Source: Clostridia bacterium (GTDB taxonomy: Bacteria > Bacillota > Clostridia > RGIG7378). From it: a stretch of DNA of 64,000 nt. A program made the translations under genes and the position numbers. The stretch lies in assembly GCA_017559445.1 (NCBI GenBank), contig JAFYSJ010000006.1:380-64379 (forward strand), given 5' to 3'. The notes beneath the pieces are model-generated. The model was not told where the DNA came from. It was given only the letters and a program-made list of their open reading frames with translations, and made no database searches. Position 1 is the first letter of the stretch, and each line of letters begins with the position of its first letter. Positions 48,085 through 58,747 of the stretch are shown piece after piece.

Positions 48085-50037
48085 ATGGTGTATTTGATTT
48101 TGTTCCTGTTTTCGGGAATAGCCATTGCAAATAGTATATTAGATAAAGAACAGAGCCTGGTCACTAGGCTCTGGTTTGGTTTAACCCTAGGTTGCTTGGA
48201 GCTCCTTTGGCTCCCATCTGCCTTTGGACTTATTACAGGCAGATTCACACAGCTTGAGCAGATTTTGGCTCTTGTTGTGGCAGTTTTGGCAGCAGTTGGT
48301 TGCATTGTTTGGCAGTACCTTTCCTACAAGAAAAATCCTCAGGAAGCCATGAGAAAACCAGGCACTAAGCTTGTTTCCAAGGCAGAGGTCGTAGGACTTG
48401 TAATGGCAGTTTTGGTAACAGCGCTTTGCGGATACCTTTTGCATACACACGTTATCCTTCCCTTTGAAGATGGTTCCGTCCACGTTGGTCAGAGTACATA
48501 TGGCGACCTTAACATGCATCTTGGTATGATCGAGAACCTGTACGTACAGGGTCAGTTCCCACCAGAGTACAACATTATGCCAGGACAGGCCATTAACTAC
48601 CCCTTCTTGGTAAATGCAGCTTCCGCAACCATGAGATTCGGCGGTTTGTCCCTCCGCATGTCAGTGATCGTGCCATCTGTGGTTATGATTTTCTGCATTG
48701 CATTGGGATTCTTTATGTTTGTCAAAAAGCTTGTTGGCAAGATTAGTTCCACAGCATTGGCCATGGTACTCTTCTTTGTTAACGGCGGCTTTGGATTCAT
48801 TTATTTCTTGGACAAGCTCCGCACAGATCCAGAGAATTTCAACAGAATCTTTAAGGCATTCTACGAAACACCTACTAACTACACAGCTCAGGCCAACGTA
48901 AAGTGGGTTAACGTTATTTGTGACATGATCATCCCACAGCGTACAACAATGGCTGGTTGGTGTGTGCTCATGGTGGCACTTTGGCTTATGGTGGAAGTTA
49001 TCCAAACATTGGCCAAGGGCGATAAGGGTGTTAAGGATTACAGATATTTCGTAATGCTTGGTGTGATTGGTGGCCTTATGCCAATGATTCACACTCACTC
49101 ATTCTTTGCATTGGGTCTTGTGACTATTGGCGTTATTTTTACTTGCTTGCCAGCAGTTATTAAGAAGGGCAACCTTAAGAAATGGCTCATTGGATTCTGT
49201 ATTTTCGGTGGTATCACAGCCCTGCTTGCAGGACCACAGCTTTTGACTTGGACATTCCAAAGTACTGGTGAAGAGGGCTTCCTCAAGTGGCACTTTGACT
49301 GGGCAAACCAGGATGACAATTGGCTTTGGTTCTGGGTTAAGAATGCAGGTGTCGTATTCTTGTTCACATTGCCAGCGCTCCTTTCCCTCAATAAGGAAGA
49401 AAAGAGAGATAGACTTGCAATGGCAGTTGGCTCCTTGATTATCTTCACAGTTGCAACAGTTGCTGTTTTCCAGCCCAACTACTACGATAATAATAAGCTC
49501 CTTTACGTTTGGTATATGATCACATGCGCCATCGTGGCAGATTACATGGTGGAGCTTTATGGAAAGCTTAAGGGAATCGGCGGACGTCAGGTTATTGCGG
49601 CGATTGTTTTGGTGGCAGCCACATTGTCAGGGGGACTTTCTATTGGTAGAGAAATCGTTTCTGATTACCAGCTTTTGGGTGCTGAGGAAGTACAGGCAGC
49701 AGAATTCATTACAGAAAATGTGGAACCAGATGCTGTGTTTATGGCATATCCTAACCACAACAACACAGTTGCTGTTTTGACAGGACGCAGAATTGCAGTT
49801 GGCGCAGGTACATTCCTTTATTTCCACGGCGTAAACTACATGGAGCGTCAGGCTCTAGTTGAGCAGATGTTCGAAGACGGACAGTGCTTCTTAGAAAATC
49901 ATGATTCATATGATATTAATTATATTTATGTTGGTCCTTATGAGCGCAGCAATTACGACATAGACTACGACTGGTTCGAGGCAAATTGTCAAAAGATTTA
50001 CGACCAAAGAGGCGTTGTGATTTACAAATTTAATTAA
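48085..50037 (+). CDS. large polytopic membrane protein (possibly GT-C-like glycosyltransferase, unverified)
   Basis: At least 12 predicted TM helices plus C-terminal soluble domain. Confidence 0.5.
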   Translation: MVYLILFLFSGIAIANSILDKEQSLVTRLWFGLTLGCLELLWLPSAFGLITGRFTQLEQILALVVAVLAAVGCIVWQYLSYKKNPQEAMRKPGTKLVSKAEVVGLVMAVLVTALCGYLLHTHVILPFEDGSVHVGQSTYGDLNMHLGMIENLYVQGQFPPEYNIMPGQAINYPFLVNAASATMRFGGLSLRMSVIVPSVVMIFCIALGFFMFVKKLVGKISSTALAMVLFFVNGGFGFIYFLDKLRTDPENFNRIFKAFYETPTNYTAQANVKWVNVICDMIIPQRTTMAGWCVLMVALWLMVEVIQTLAKGDKGVKDYRYFVMLGVIGGLMPMIHTHSFFALGLVTIGVIFTCLPAVIKKGNLKKWLIGFCIFGGITALLAGPQLLTWTFQSTGEEGFLKWHFDWANQDDNWLWFWVKNAGVVFLFTLPALLSLNKEEKRDRLAMAVGSLIIFTVATVAVFQPNYYDNNKLLYVWYMITCAIVADYMVELYGKLKGIGGRQVIAAIVLVAATLSGGLSIGREIVSDYQLLGAEEVQAAEFITENVEPDAVFMAYPNHNNTVAVLTGRRIAVGAGTFLYFHGVNYMERQALVEQMFEDGQCFLENHDSYDINYIYVGPYERSNYDIDYDWFEANCQKIYDQRGVVIYKFN

Positions 50038-50043
50038 CATTTT

Positions 50044-50073
50044 AAGGTGAGATTTTATGTCTCACCTTTTTAC
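50044..50073 (+). terminator. rho-independent terminator
   Basis: aggtgagattttatgtctcacct then T5. Confidence 0.6.
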
Positions 50074-50228
50074 TTTTGGAGGAAAAGAGCATGAACTGAA
50101 TTGTGCACAAAATACGACATTGTTTTTTGTCAAAAATGCACGGTGGAAATCGATTTCAAAGGGACCTAGTAAGTGATAAAATTTTAATATATAAATAATA
50201 CCTTGTTTAAAACGAAGGAGGAACTTTT

Positions 50229-51023
50229 ATGAAGAAACTTTTAGCAGTTCTTGTTGTTGTCGCTTTGGCAGTATCAATGTCTGTAACAGCTTTTGGTTAC
50301 ACATTGTACGGCTTTGAGAAGAAGGCAAACGCAGACATGTGGCAGGAGCACTGGTACACAGATTGTACTCTCCGTCACGTAACAACAGAGCTTTCCACAG
50401 AGCAGAAGAAGTCTGGCGACTATTCCATGAAGGTTATTGCACCTGCAGGTGAGGAAGAGTTCACAGAATTCGGTATTTGGTGTGAGGCAACACCTTACTT
50501 GACATTCATTACAGCAGACATGGTATTTGACTGTGATATCTATGTTCCAGAAGATGGTAACGTAACTAAGATTTGTTTCTACATTTGTGATGATAACTGG
50601 GATTACTTCTCCTTCGGTTCTTTGACAATCGATGAGTATGACACATGGATTTCCCTTAGCGAGGTTTTGGACTTCGGTTATTTCCAGGATTACGTAGATA
50701 ATGACGGTGTTCTTCCTTGTCACTTCATCACAGAGTGCTACGCAGAGGATAACACAATGGATTCTTACTTCTACTTCGATAACTTCTACTTCGGTACACA
50801 GGAAGAGCGCGATGCAGCTATGTCTGCTGGCGAGAAGGTAGATGTTCAGTATCAGGATCCTAACGCAACAGCTACTCCAGAGCCAACAGCAGCTCCAGAG
50901 ACTCCAGCAGGCGATAAGGAAGCAGACACAAACAATAACACAGTTTGGTTCATCGTTGGTGGCGTAGTTGCAGTTGCAGTAGTAGCAGCAGTTGTAGTTG
51001 TAGTTGCTAAGAAAAAGAAGTAA
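50229..51023 (+). CDS. cell-surface protein with signal peptide and C-terminal TM anchor
   Basis: MKKLLAVLVVVALAVSMSVTA signal; PT-rich region; VWFIVGGVVAVAVVAAVVVVVAKKKK anchor. Confidence 0.5.
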   Translation: MKKLLAVLVVVALAVSMSVTAFGYTLYGFEKKANADMWQEHWYTDCTLRHVTTELSTEQKKSGDYSMKVIAPAGEEEFTEFGIWCEATPYLTFITADMVFDCDIYVPEDGNVTKICFYICDDNWDYFSFGSLTIDEYDTWISLSEVLDFGYFQDYVDNDGVLPCHFITECYAEDNTMDSYFYFDNFYFGTQEERDAAMSAGEKVDVQYQDPNATATPEPTAAPETPAGDKEADTNNNTVWFIVGGVVAVAVVAAVVVVVAKKKK

Positions 51024-51046
51024 TACATACTAAAATGAGTAATTAA

Positions 51047-51074
51047 ACAAGGTCCTTCGGGGCCTTGTTTTTTG
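51047..51074 (+). terminator. rho-independent terminator
   Basis: acaaggtccttcggggccttgt then T6. Confidence 0.65.
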
Positions 51075-51142
51075 TTGACTTATTCTAACTCCAGGCCTAT
51101 AATAACAATTGATATATAACATGTGTTATTTAAGGAGTTTCC

Positions 51143-51703
51143 ATGGCACCTAAGGTAAAAATCACAAGAGAAGATATAGTATCAACAGCTTTGGACATTG
51201 TACGCAAGGATGGCGCCCAAGCAGTAAATGCGCGCAGTATAGCAGCTAAGCTTAACTGCTCAACTCAGCCTTTGTTCACCAATTTTAGCTCCATGGAGGA
51301 GTTGGATTTGGCTGTGATTAAGGAGGGAATTGCCCTTATTGAAGAATACATAAAACGCGAAATCCAAAGTGGCCAGTATCCAGAATATAAGGCCAGTGGT
51401 ATGGCATATATTCGTTTTGCCAAGGAAGAGAGGGAACTTTTTAAATACCTGTATATGCGCGACAGCGATGGCAACCACACTAGCGAAGAAAAGGGCAACT
51501 TTAGCAACATGGAGAGCCTTGTTCATAACAACACTGGTTTGGCTGGAGATGGAGCAACAATATTCCACCTTGAAATGTGGGCAGTAGTTCACGGCATAGC
51601 AACCATGTTCGCTACAAATTACTTGGCACTTGATTGGAATCTGGTGGACAAGATGCTTACAGACGTTTATCTGGGCCTTAGAAAGCAGTACGGAATGGAG
51701 TAA
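51143..51703 (+). CDS. TetR/AcrR-family transcriptional regulator
   Basis: N-terminal HTH (AVNARSIAAKLNCSTQPLFTNF). Confidence 0.8.
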   Translation: MAPKVKITREDIVSTALDIVRKDGAQAVNARSIAAKLNCSTQPLFTNFSSMEELDLAVIKEGIALIEEYIKREIQSGQYPEYKASGMAYIRFAKEERELFKYLYMRDSDGNHTSEEKGNFSNMESLVHNNTGLAGDGATIFHLEMWAVVHGIATMFATNYLALDWNLVDKMLTDVYLGLRKQYGME

Positions 51704-51706
51704 GAC

Positions 51707-52435
51707 ATGGAAGGAATTAGAATTCAGGGCCTCACTAAGATTTACAAGGACGTGGTGGCCGTTAACAATTTGAATTTAGAGATTCACAAGGGCGAGCTTT
51801 TTTCGTTGCTTGGCGTAAATGGAGCGGGAAAAACAACAAACATTAAGATGCTGTCCTGCTTGGCAGAGCCCACAGAAGGAGATGCCTTTATTAACGGAAA
51901 GAGCATTCGAAAAGAGCCTATGGCAGTAAAGTCCATTATTGCAGTTTCTCCTCAGGAGACAGCAGTTGCCCCTGGCCTTTCAGCCAAGGAAAACCTGGAG
52001 CTTATCTGTGGGGTGAATGGCTTTGATAAGGACAAGACAAAGATAAAAATCGCAGAAATGGTGGAGCTTTTGGGCTTAAACCCTATGCTTAACAAAAGGG
52101 CAGGCAAACTTTCTGGAGGCTGGCAGCGTAGACTCAGTATTGCCATGGCTTTAATATCTGAACCTGAGGTGCTTTTCTTAGATGAGCCTACTTTGGGTCT
52201 GGACGTATTGGCACGTAGCGATCTTTGGGATGTGATCCGCGCCCTTAAGGGAAAGGTTACGGTCATTCTCACAACTCACTACATGGAGGAGGCTGAGGCG
52301 CTTTCGGACCGCGTTGCCATTATGAAGGATGGAAATCTAGTAATCTGCGATACAGTGGAAAAGATAAAAGAAGTAGCAGGCACAGAGGACTTCCAACAGG
52401 CCTTTATTAAGGTAGTTAAGGGGGTGGCAAAATGA
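51707..52435 (+). CDS. ABC transporter ATP-binding protein
   Basis: GVNGAGKTT, LSGGWQRRLSIAMAL, LFLDEPTLGLD. Confidence 0.9.
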   Translation: MEGIRIQGLTKIYKDVVAVNNLNLEIHKGELFSLLGVNGAGKTTNIKMLSCLAEPTEGDAFINGKSIRKEPMAVKSIIAVSPQETAVAPGLSAKENLELICGVNGFDKDKTKIKIAEMVELLGLNPMLNKRAGKLSGGWQRRLSIAMALISEPEVLFLDEPTLGLDVLARSDLWDVIRALKGKVTVILTTHYMEEAEALSDRVAIMKDGNLVICDTVEKIKEVAGTEDFQQAFIKVVKGVAK

Positions 52436-53160
52436 GAATGCTCACATTTGCTAAGAGAATTGCAAAGGAAATCTTGAGAGACCCATTAAATCTTGCATTT
52501 GGACTTGGATTCCCCTTGGTGCTTATCCTTTTGCTCAGTGCAATTCAGGCAAACATTCCAGTGGATATTTTTGAAATACAGAGCTTAACCCCAGGAATTA
52601 CTGTGTTTGGACTGTCCTTTATGACACTTTTCTCTGCGGTTCTTATTTCAAAGGATAGGGGCAGCTCTTTGCTTCAGAGACTTTACACAACACCCCTTAC
52701 AGCAATGGATTTTATCCTTGGTTACACGTTGCCAATTATTCCAATTGCATTGGCTCAGTCTGCTATTTGCTACGTGGTTGCTATGTTCCTTAGACTGCAG
52801 CCAAGCATAAACATCTTGTATGCAGTGTTGTTCGTGGTTCCAATTAGCATGTTGTATGTTGGCATGGGACTTCTCTTTGGCAGCGTACTTAACGACAAGC
52901 AAGTTGGTGGCGTTTGCGGAGGATTGCTCACAAACCTTTCTGCATGGCTGTCAGGAGCTTGGTTTGATTTGAATTTAGTTGGCGGTGCATTCAAAAAGGT
53001 TGCATATATGTTGCCCTTTGTCCACGCAGTTGAATTGGAAAAGGCAGTGTTAGATGGAAGATTTGGTAGTATTTGGCCACACCTTTGGTGGGTACTAGGT
53101 TATGGAGTGTCCGTGATGGTCCTGGCAGTGGTGATGTTCTTGAGACAGATGAAAAAGTAA
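52432..53160 (+). CDS. ABC-2 family transporter permease
   Basis: Six TM helices; overlaps ATPase gene by 4 nt. Confidence 0.75.
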   Translation: MRMLTFAKRIAKEILRDPLNLAFGLGFPLVLILLLSAIQANIPVDIFEIQSLTPGITVFGLSFMTLFSAVLISKDRGSSLLQRLYTTPLTAMDFILGYTLPIIPIALAQSAICYVVAMFLRLQPSINILYAVLFVVPISMLYVGMGLLFGSVLNDKQVGGVCGGLLTNLSAWLSGAWFDLNLVGGAFKKVAYMLPFVHAVELEKAVLDGRFGSIWPHLWWVLGYGVSVMVLAVVMFLRQMKK

Positions 53161-53165
53161 AAAAC

Positions 53166-53191
53166 GACCCCGATAGAATTTCTATCGGGGT
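53166..53191. terminator. bidirectional terminator
   Basis: accccgatagaaatttctatcggggt palindrome flanked by A- and T-runs. Confidence 0.6.
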
Positions 53192-53200
53192 TGCTGTGTC

Positions 53201-53911
53201 TTATTCTTCTTCACCCAAGATGAGCTTTAACTCATCACGCATTAAGTATCTCCACTTGCCTTCTGGGAGCTTGCCAAGTTCAAGTCCGCCAACTGCAATA
53301 CGCTTGAGCCATTTAACAGGGCAGTTTACGTACTCCATTATGCGCTTTACTTCGTGGTACTTACCTTCTGTTACCTTAATAACTACCAAGCAAGGCTCCA
53401 AAACTGTAACGTCTGCGGGAGCAAACTTTGTGCCGTCTGGAAGTGTTACGCCAGAAGCCAAAGTCTCAAGATCCTGCTGGTCAGGGGAGTAGGAAGTTCT
53501 AGCAATATATGTTTTAACAATCTGGTGGGATGGGTGAGTAACCTTCTTAGTGAACTCACCATCGTTTGTCAAAATAAGGAGACCAGATGTGTCATAATCA
53601 AGTCTGCCTACAGGATAAACTCTCTGCTTAACGCCCTTCATAAGGTCCATTACGCAGTTGCGGTCAAACTGATCCTTGGATGTAGTAACGTATCCACGTG
53701 GCTTGTTGAGCATTATGTAAACCTTCTCGTTCTCAGGACGGATTCTGTGTCCGTTTACATAAACTCGATCCTTATCTGTAACCTTGGTGCCAAGTTCTGT
53801 AATAACTTTGCCATTTACCTGTACCTTGCCGTCCAAAATGAGGGCTTCGCATGCTCTGCGAGACGCAACTCCGCAGGATGCCATATATTTTTGCAATCTA
53901 ATCTCTTCCAT
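53201..53911 (-). CDS. rRNA pseudouridine synthase (RluB/RsuA family)
   Basis: S4 domain RLQKYMASCGVASRR; catalytic GRLD motif; start at MEEIRL with AAAGGA RBS. Confidence 0.85.
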   Translation of the reverse strand: MEEIRLQKYMASCGVASRRACEALILDGKVQVNGKVITELGTKVTDKDRVYVNGHRIRPENEKVYIMLNKPRGYVTTSKDQFDRNCVMDLMKGVKQRVYPVGRLDYDTSGLLILTNDGEFTKKVTHPSHQIVKTYIARTSYSPDQQDLETLASGVTLPDGTKFAPADVTVLEPCLVVIKVTEGKYHEVKRIMEYVNCPVKWLKRIAVGGLELGKLPEGKWRYLMRDELKLILGEEE

Positions 53912-53931
53912 GTTGTCCTTTCTATGGCGAA

Positions 53932-54060
53932 GCTCTTTACTAGCAACGCAGTTGCGGCTCACTAGCACAAATAGTGCGTTTTACTAGCGAGCTTGCTCGC
54001 GGCTCATTAGCAAGCTGTGCTTGCGTTTAACTGGCATCGTGCGAAGCTTTGCTTCAGCAC
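53932..54060 (-). repeat. element copy E (hairpin/double-stop array, minus orientation) between rnhA stop and rluB-like start
   Basis: cactagc/tactagc units; the rnhA TGA stop lies in the first hairpin gtgctgaagcaaagcttcgcac. Confidence 0.65.
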
Positions 54061-54686
54061 ATGCCCAGTGCTTTCTTCGCCAGCTTGTCAGCCTCTTCGT
54101 TATATTTGTCTCCAGAGTGTCCCTTTACCTTGACGAAAGTTACCTTAACCTGAGTAGCTATCTTCCTGTAAAAGTCCACATATCCAATAGTGCCATCCTT
54201 GTTTGCCTTCCAAGCACCTGTGCACCACTTAGCAATGCCCTCGTAGTCGTGGTAGATGGTAAGCTTAGGGATTTTGTTCACATAGGCATATCTCATTGCC
54301 ACAGCAGCTCCCTTAATCTCACCAGCCACATTGCGCATGGCTGCCATTTCCTTGTTGTTAAACTTTTCACAATGACGATGTACGCCATTTGGTTCAAATA
54401 AAATAATGCCGTAGGAAAATTCCTCTGTGGCCACGTTGAAACTGCCATCTACGTATGCAATAGCACAGTTCTCCTTAGCACACTGAGCGATCAAAGCATC
54501 GTCGCTTGTGGTAGACAAGTCCTCACAGGATACAGGCATACCCAAATACATCTGAGCCTCAGCCTTAGTCTTAAAACTCTTGTACTCAGCTCCAGGGAAG
54601 CCATCTACCATAGCCTTGGCAGAATCCCAGTCTGTGTATATGCCGGGGGTCACGCCTACCTTTACTGCATAAAACTTAGTCGCCAT
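54054..54686 (-). CDS. rnhA: ribonuclease HI with N-terminal hybrid-binding domain
   Basis: N-terminal YAVKVGVTPGIYTDWDSAKAMVDGFPGAEYKSFKT; RNase H D-E-D-D residues (VDGS, ...). Confidence 0.85.
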   Translation of the reverse strand: MATKFYAVKVGVTPGIYTDWDSAKAMVDGFPGAEYKSFKTKAEAQMYLGMPVSCEDLSTTSDDALIAQCAKENCAIAYVDGSFNVATEEFSYGIILFEPNGVHRHCEKFNNKEMAAMRNVAGEIKGAAVAMRYAYVNKIPKLTIYHDYEGIAKWCTGAWKANKDGTIGYVDFYRKIATQVKVTFVKVKGHSGDKYNEEADKLAKKALGMC

Positions 54687-55499
54687 TTACTTACCCTGCT
54701 TAGCCAAAATCTTGAGAGTTCTCTGCTGTGCCTTGTAGTTCTCGATCCACTTATTCTGCTGAGCCTTAGTCAAGCCCTCTGGCATCTTGGACTCCTCGGC
54801 AATAGCTCTGCGATGAATCTTGAAGTACTGTCTTGCGTACATAATGAGTGTCCAGATACCAAGCAAAGCAACCAAGAACATAAGGATGCTAATTGTGTAC
54901 TCTCTAATAGCGCCACCGGTTGTGAGAACGCCAGTTGTGAAAGCAATCTTTGCATCCTCGTAGAAAACAAGGTTCATAGTCATGGTGATGTAAATAGCTG
55001 CAAAGAAGAAAACAGTGTAAACCTTGCCGTACCAGGATGCACCCTTAACCATCTTGAGCTTAGTCCACAATGTAAGAGTACCTACACCGGACAAAATCTC
55101 CTTGATGAAGATAATGGGAAGTACAATAAATGGAACAACTCCATAGATATAAAGGCTCACCAATACAGCATACTGCATGAGTTTGTCTGCAATGGGGTCC
55201 ATGATCTTACCAAAGTTAGAAACTACCTTGTACTTGCGTGCAATCTTGCCATCTAAGTAGTCGGAAAGACCAGCCAAAAGCAATACAACAAAGGCAAGAA
55301 CCCAGTTAGTAACGCTCTCGTTGCCCATGATGATAAAGTACACCACGGCAGGAATACATGCCACGCGGAAAATGGTCAAAATATTAGGTATTTTCTTAAT
55401 AAAATCGTTCACTGTTCTGTCTCCATCTAAATAAGTAATATATATAGACCTAAAAATTCTATACTTTGCGGCACCCTTTGTCAACGCGACATTGTGCAC
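54687..55499 (-). CDS. pgsA: CDP-alcohol phosphatidyltransferase (PgsA-like) with C-terminal extension
   Basis: DYLDGKIARK...G...DPIADK signature motif. Confidence 0.8.
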   Translation of the reverse strand: MHNVALTKGAAKYRIFRSIYITYLDGDRTVNDFIKKIPNILTIFRVACIPAVVYFIIMGNESVTNWVLAFVVLLLAGLSDYLDGKIARKYKVVSNFGKIMDPIADKLMQYAVLVSLYIYGVVPFIVLPIIFIKEILSGVGTLTLWTKLKMVKGASWYGKVYTVFFFAAIYITMTMNLVFYEDAKIAFTTGVLTTGGAIREYTISILMFLVALLGIWTLIMYARQYFKIHRRAIAEESKMPEGLTKAQQNKWIENYKAQQRTLKILAKQGK

Positions 55500-55659
55500 G
55501 AGCCACAGATTATTCCAATGCTGTAAACAACATATTAAGCTTGTTTTAACATGCAGAAATATGGGTAAATTATAGCCATTTTTATGTGTCTTAACACTGG
55601 ATTTTTGTCACAAAAAGTTTTCGTTCACATATTTTTTGACACAAATCCCAAAACGCATT

Positions 55660-55989
55660 GACCTACCCCCCATAGGGTGTTATATTTCTAAGTACTATTG
55701 CAAAATATGTTAGCACTTGCAATAGAGCACGATTTTGCATCTGTGCCAACTATTCCGGCGAAAGCAAAGGTTCTCCGGGATAAAACATCAACTGAATATG
55801 ATGTACACACCTTGCAGTTCTTAACAGGAACCGAGTAGCCAGCAATGGCGCATGGAAACTATAGGATAAGTCAAGAAGCGATGATTCTCTGACTCTTTAA
55901 ACTCTTTGCGGGGACTATGGTTAGCCGGGTGTGGGGTTCGCGCAGAGCTTTTAAGCTGTACGCGGTCTCAAGCCGCAAAGGGGGATGCA
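55660..55989 (+). promoter_or_regulatory. promoter plus about 300-nt structured 5' leader of the pot operon
   Basis: TTGACC-16-TATATT; stems ctattgcaa/ttgcaatag and ctttgcgg/ccgcaaag, the latter pairing with the 5' half of the aaaggggg RBS. Confidence 0.3.
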
Positions 55990-57120
55990 AAAATGGACCA
56001 TAAGGTTATTGTCGAGCTACGCGACGTTTCTGTAGCATTTGACGGGGAGAAAATTTTAGACAACTTGAGTCTGGCCATCAGGGACAAGGAATTCGTTACA
56101 TTCCTTGGTGCTTCCGGCTGTGGTAAGACTACTACTCTTCGCCTCATAGCAGGATTTTTAAAGCCCGATACCGGTAGGGTTTTCTTTAATGGTAAGGACG
56201 TTACTGACGTGCCACCATATCAGAGGCCGGTTAACACCATTTTCCAAAGATATGCATTGTTTCCACACCTCAATGTTTTTGACAACATTGCTTTTGGTTT
56301 GCGTGTCTCTAAAGTGCCTGAACCAGAGATTAAGGAGAGGGTTACAGAGATGCTCAAGCTTGTTAACTTGAGTGGATTCGAGAAGAGAAATATTACTAAG
56401 CTTTCTGGCGGTCAGCAGCAGAGAGTTGCTATTGCACGTGCTGTTATTAACAAGCCTAAGGTTCTCCTTTTGGATGAGCCTCTTGCAGCTTTGGACGCTA
56501 AGCTTCGTAAGGATATGCAGAACGAGCTTAAGAACATTCAGCGCCAGCTTGGTATTACCTTCGTATTCGTAACACACGATCAGGAGGAGGCACTCTCCAT
56601 GTCTGACACAGTTGTTGTTATGAACAAGGGTAAGATTCAGCAGATCGGTACACCAATTGACATTTACAACGAGCCAGAGAACGCTTTTGTTGCAGACTTT
56701 ATCGGCGAGTCCAATATTATTGACGGCGTAATGCGCAAGGATAAGCTTGTTAGATTTGAGAACCACGATTTCGTATGTCTCGATAGCGGTTTCGGAGCAA
56801 ATGAGCCTGTTGACGTAGTTATCCGTCCCGAGGACGTGGACATCGTTCCTTTGGATAAGGGTATGATCAGCGGCACTATTACCTCCGTTACATTCAAGGG
56901 CGTTCACTTTGAGATCATTATCGACGTTAATGGCTTCATGTGGATGATTCAGACCACAGATTATCACGCAGAGGGCGAGACAGTAGGTCTTTATATTGAG
57001 CCTGATGCAATTCATATCATGCGTAAATCCGAATACTCCAACATGTTCGGCGATTATTCAACTTTCAGTGATGAGATGGACACCATGAGTGACGTGGATG
57101 CCATCGAGGAGGATGAATAA
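55990..57120 (+). CDS. potA: spermidine/putrescine ABC transporter ATP-binding protein
   Basis: GASGCGKTT, LSGGQQQRVAIARA, TOBE C-terminal domain. Confidence 0.9.
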   Translation, partial: KMDHKVIVELRDVSVAFDGEKILDNLSLAIRDKEFVTFLGASGCGKTTTLRLIAGFLKPDTGRVFFNGKDVTDVPPYQRPVNTIFQRYALFPHLNVFDNIAFGLRVSKVPEPEIKERVTEMLKLVNLSGFEKRNITKLSGGQQQRVAIARAVINKPKVLLLDEPLAALDAKLRKDMQNELKNIQRQLGITFVFVTHDQEEALSMSDTVVVMNKGKIQQIGTPIDIYNEPENAFVADFIGESNIIDGVMRKDKLVRFENHDFVCLDSGFGANEPVDVVIRPEDVDIVPLDKGMISGTITSVTFKGVHFEIIIDVNGFMWMIQTTDYHAEGETVGLYIEPDAIHIMRKSEYSNMFGDYSTFSDEMDTMSDVDAIEEDE

Positions 57121-57941
57121 TGACCAGGCGCTCCACTAGACAGGGCCTGATCAATGCTCCCTACATGTTGTGGGCATGCATTTTCATCATCGTCCCCCTT
57201 TTCATCGTAATGTATTACGCATTTACAGACAGCAATGGAGCCTTTTCCTTTGCTAACATTTTGGCGTTGGCAGATTATGCTGACGTCTTTAAGGTGTCCA
57301 TTATTTTCTCTGTAATTGCAACAATTATCACATTGCTTGTGGGATATCCCTTTGCATACTGCCTCACTAAGCTTAAGGCAAGTGCTCAGCGTATGCAGAT
57401 GATGCTGGTTATGCTTCCCATGTGGATGAACTTGCTTATCCGCACATATTCTTGGATGAATATTTTGGAGAAAAATGGTCTGATTAACACCATTTTGAGC
57501 ACAATTGGTTTGCCCACACTTAACATGATCGGTACTCCAGCAGCAGTTATTTTGGGTATGGTTTACAACTACTTGCCCTACATGATTTTGCCAATTTACA
57601 CAACAATGGCTAAGATCGACAACTCTCTCTATGAGGCATCTGAGGATTTGGGTTGCAACCCATGGCAGAAGATGAGACGTCTTATTATCCCCATGAGTAT
57701 TCCAGGCGTTATTTCCGGTATTACCATGGTATTCGTTCCATCTATCAGTACATTCTACATTTCTCAGAAGCTTGGTGGCGGTAAGATTTTGCTTATTGGC
57801 GACATAATTGAGAGACAGATTCAGATGTCTTACAACTATAATTTGGGAGCGGCCCTTTCCTTTGTTCTGATGGTTATGATTTTGATTAGTATGGCCATTA
57901 TGAACCGCTTCTCAAATGGAGAGGGGGAGATGGTAGTATGA
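57120..57941 (+). CDS. potB: spermidine/putrescine ABC transporter permease
   Basis: ABC permease EAA-like motif; operon order. Confidence 0.85.
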   Translation: MTRRSTRQGLINAPYMLWACIFIIVPLFIVMYYAFTDSNGAFSFANILALADYADVFKVSIIFSVIATIITLLVGYPFAYCLTKLKASAQRMQMMLVMLPMWMNLLIRTYSWMNILEKNGLINTILSTIGLPTLNMIGTPAAVILGMVYNYLPYMILPIYTTMAKIDNSLYEASEDLGCNPWQKMRRLIIPMSIPGVISGITMVFVPSISTFYISQKLGGGKILLIGDIIERQIQMSYNYNLGAALSFVLMVMILISMAIMNRFSNGEGEMVV

Positions 57942-58747
57942 AGGCCCTCAGAAACATTTTTATGGGACTTGTGTACTTGTTCATGTACGCCCCTATTTTG
58001 ATTTTGGTGTTCTTCTCCTTTAACAAAGGTAAGAGTACATCTGTGTTCTCAGGTTTTTCACTTAAGTGGTACGGTGAGCTTTTCTCAAACGGCCAGGCCA
58101 TGAATGCCTTGGGTAACACTTTGATTTTGGCTGTTATTTCAGCCATTATCGCCACTGTGATTGGTACAGTTGCTGCAGTTGGCATTTACAACATGCGTAG
58201 CAAGTTCCTTTCCTCCACAGTTATGTCTGTTACAAATATCCCTATGATGAACCCGGATATCGTAACAGGTGTTAGCCTTATGCTTTTGTTCGTTTTCGTA
58301 GGTAGACTTGTTGGAGCAGCCACATCCTTGAACTTCTTCACATTGCTCATTGCCCACGTAACATTCAGTATCCCATACGTTATCTTGAATGTTTTGCCTA
58401 AGCTTAGGTCTACGGATAAGCACCTTGCAGAGGCAGCGCAGGATTTGGGATGTACACCAATGCAGTCCTTCTTTAAGGTAGTTTTGCCAAGCATTATGCC
58501 AGGCGTTTTCGCAGCTATGCTCATGGCTTTCACATTGTCACTTGATGACTTTGTTATTTCTTACTACACCAATGGATCAGATTTCCAGACACTTCCTCTG
58601 ATGATCTACTCCATGACCAAAAAGACTGTGCGCCCAGATATGTACGCATTGTCCACACTTATTTTTGTTACGATTCTTATTCTGCTGATTGTTTCTAACA
58701 TCGTTCAGGAAAAGTCAGAAAAGAAGAACCAGAAAGGAATGAACTAA
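57938..58747 (+). CDS. potC: spermidine/putrescine ABC transporter permease
   Basis: ABC permease motif; operon order. Confidence 0.85.
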   Translation: MKALRNIFMGLVYLFMYAPILILVFFSFNKGKSTSVFSGFSLKWYGELFSNGQAMNALGNTLILAVISAIIATVIGTVAAVGIYNMRSKFLSSTVMSVTNIPMMNPDIVTGVSLMLLFVFVGRLVGAATSLNFFTLLIAHVTFSIPYVILNVLPKLRSTDKHLAEAAQDLGCTPMQSFFKVVLPSIMPGVFAAMLMAFTLSLDDFVISYYTNGSDFQTLPLMIYSMTKKTVRPDMYALSTLIFVTILILLIVSNIVQEKSEKKNQKGMN

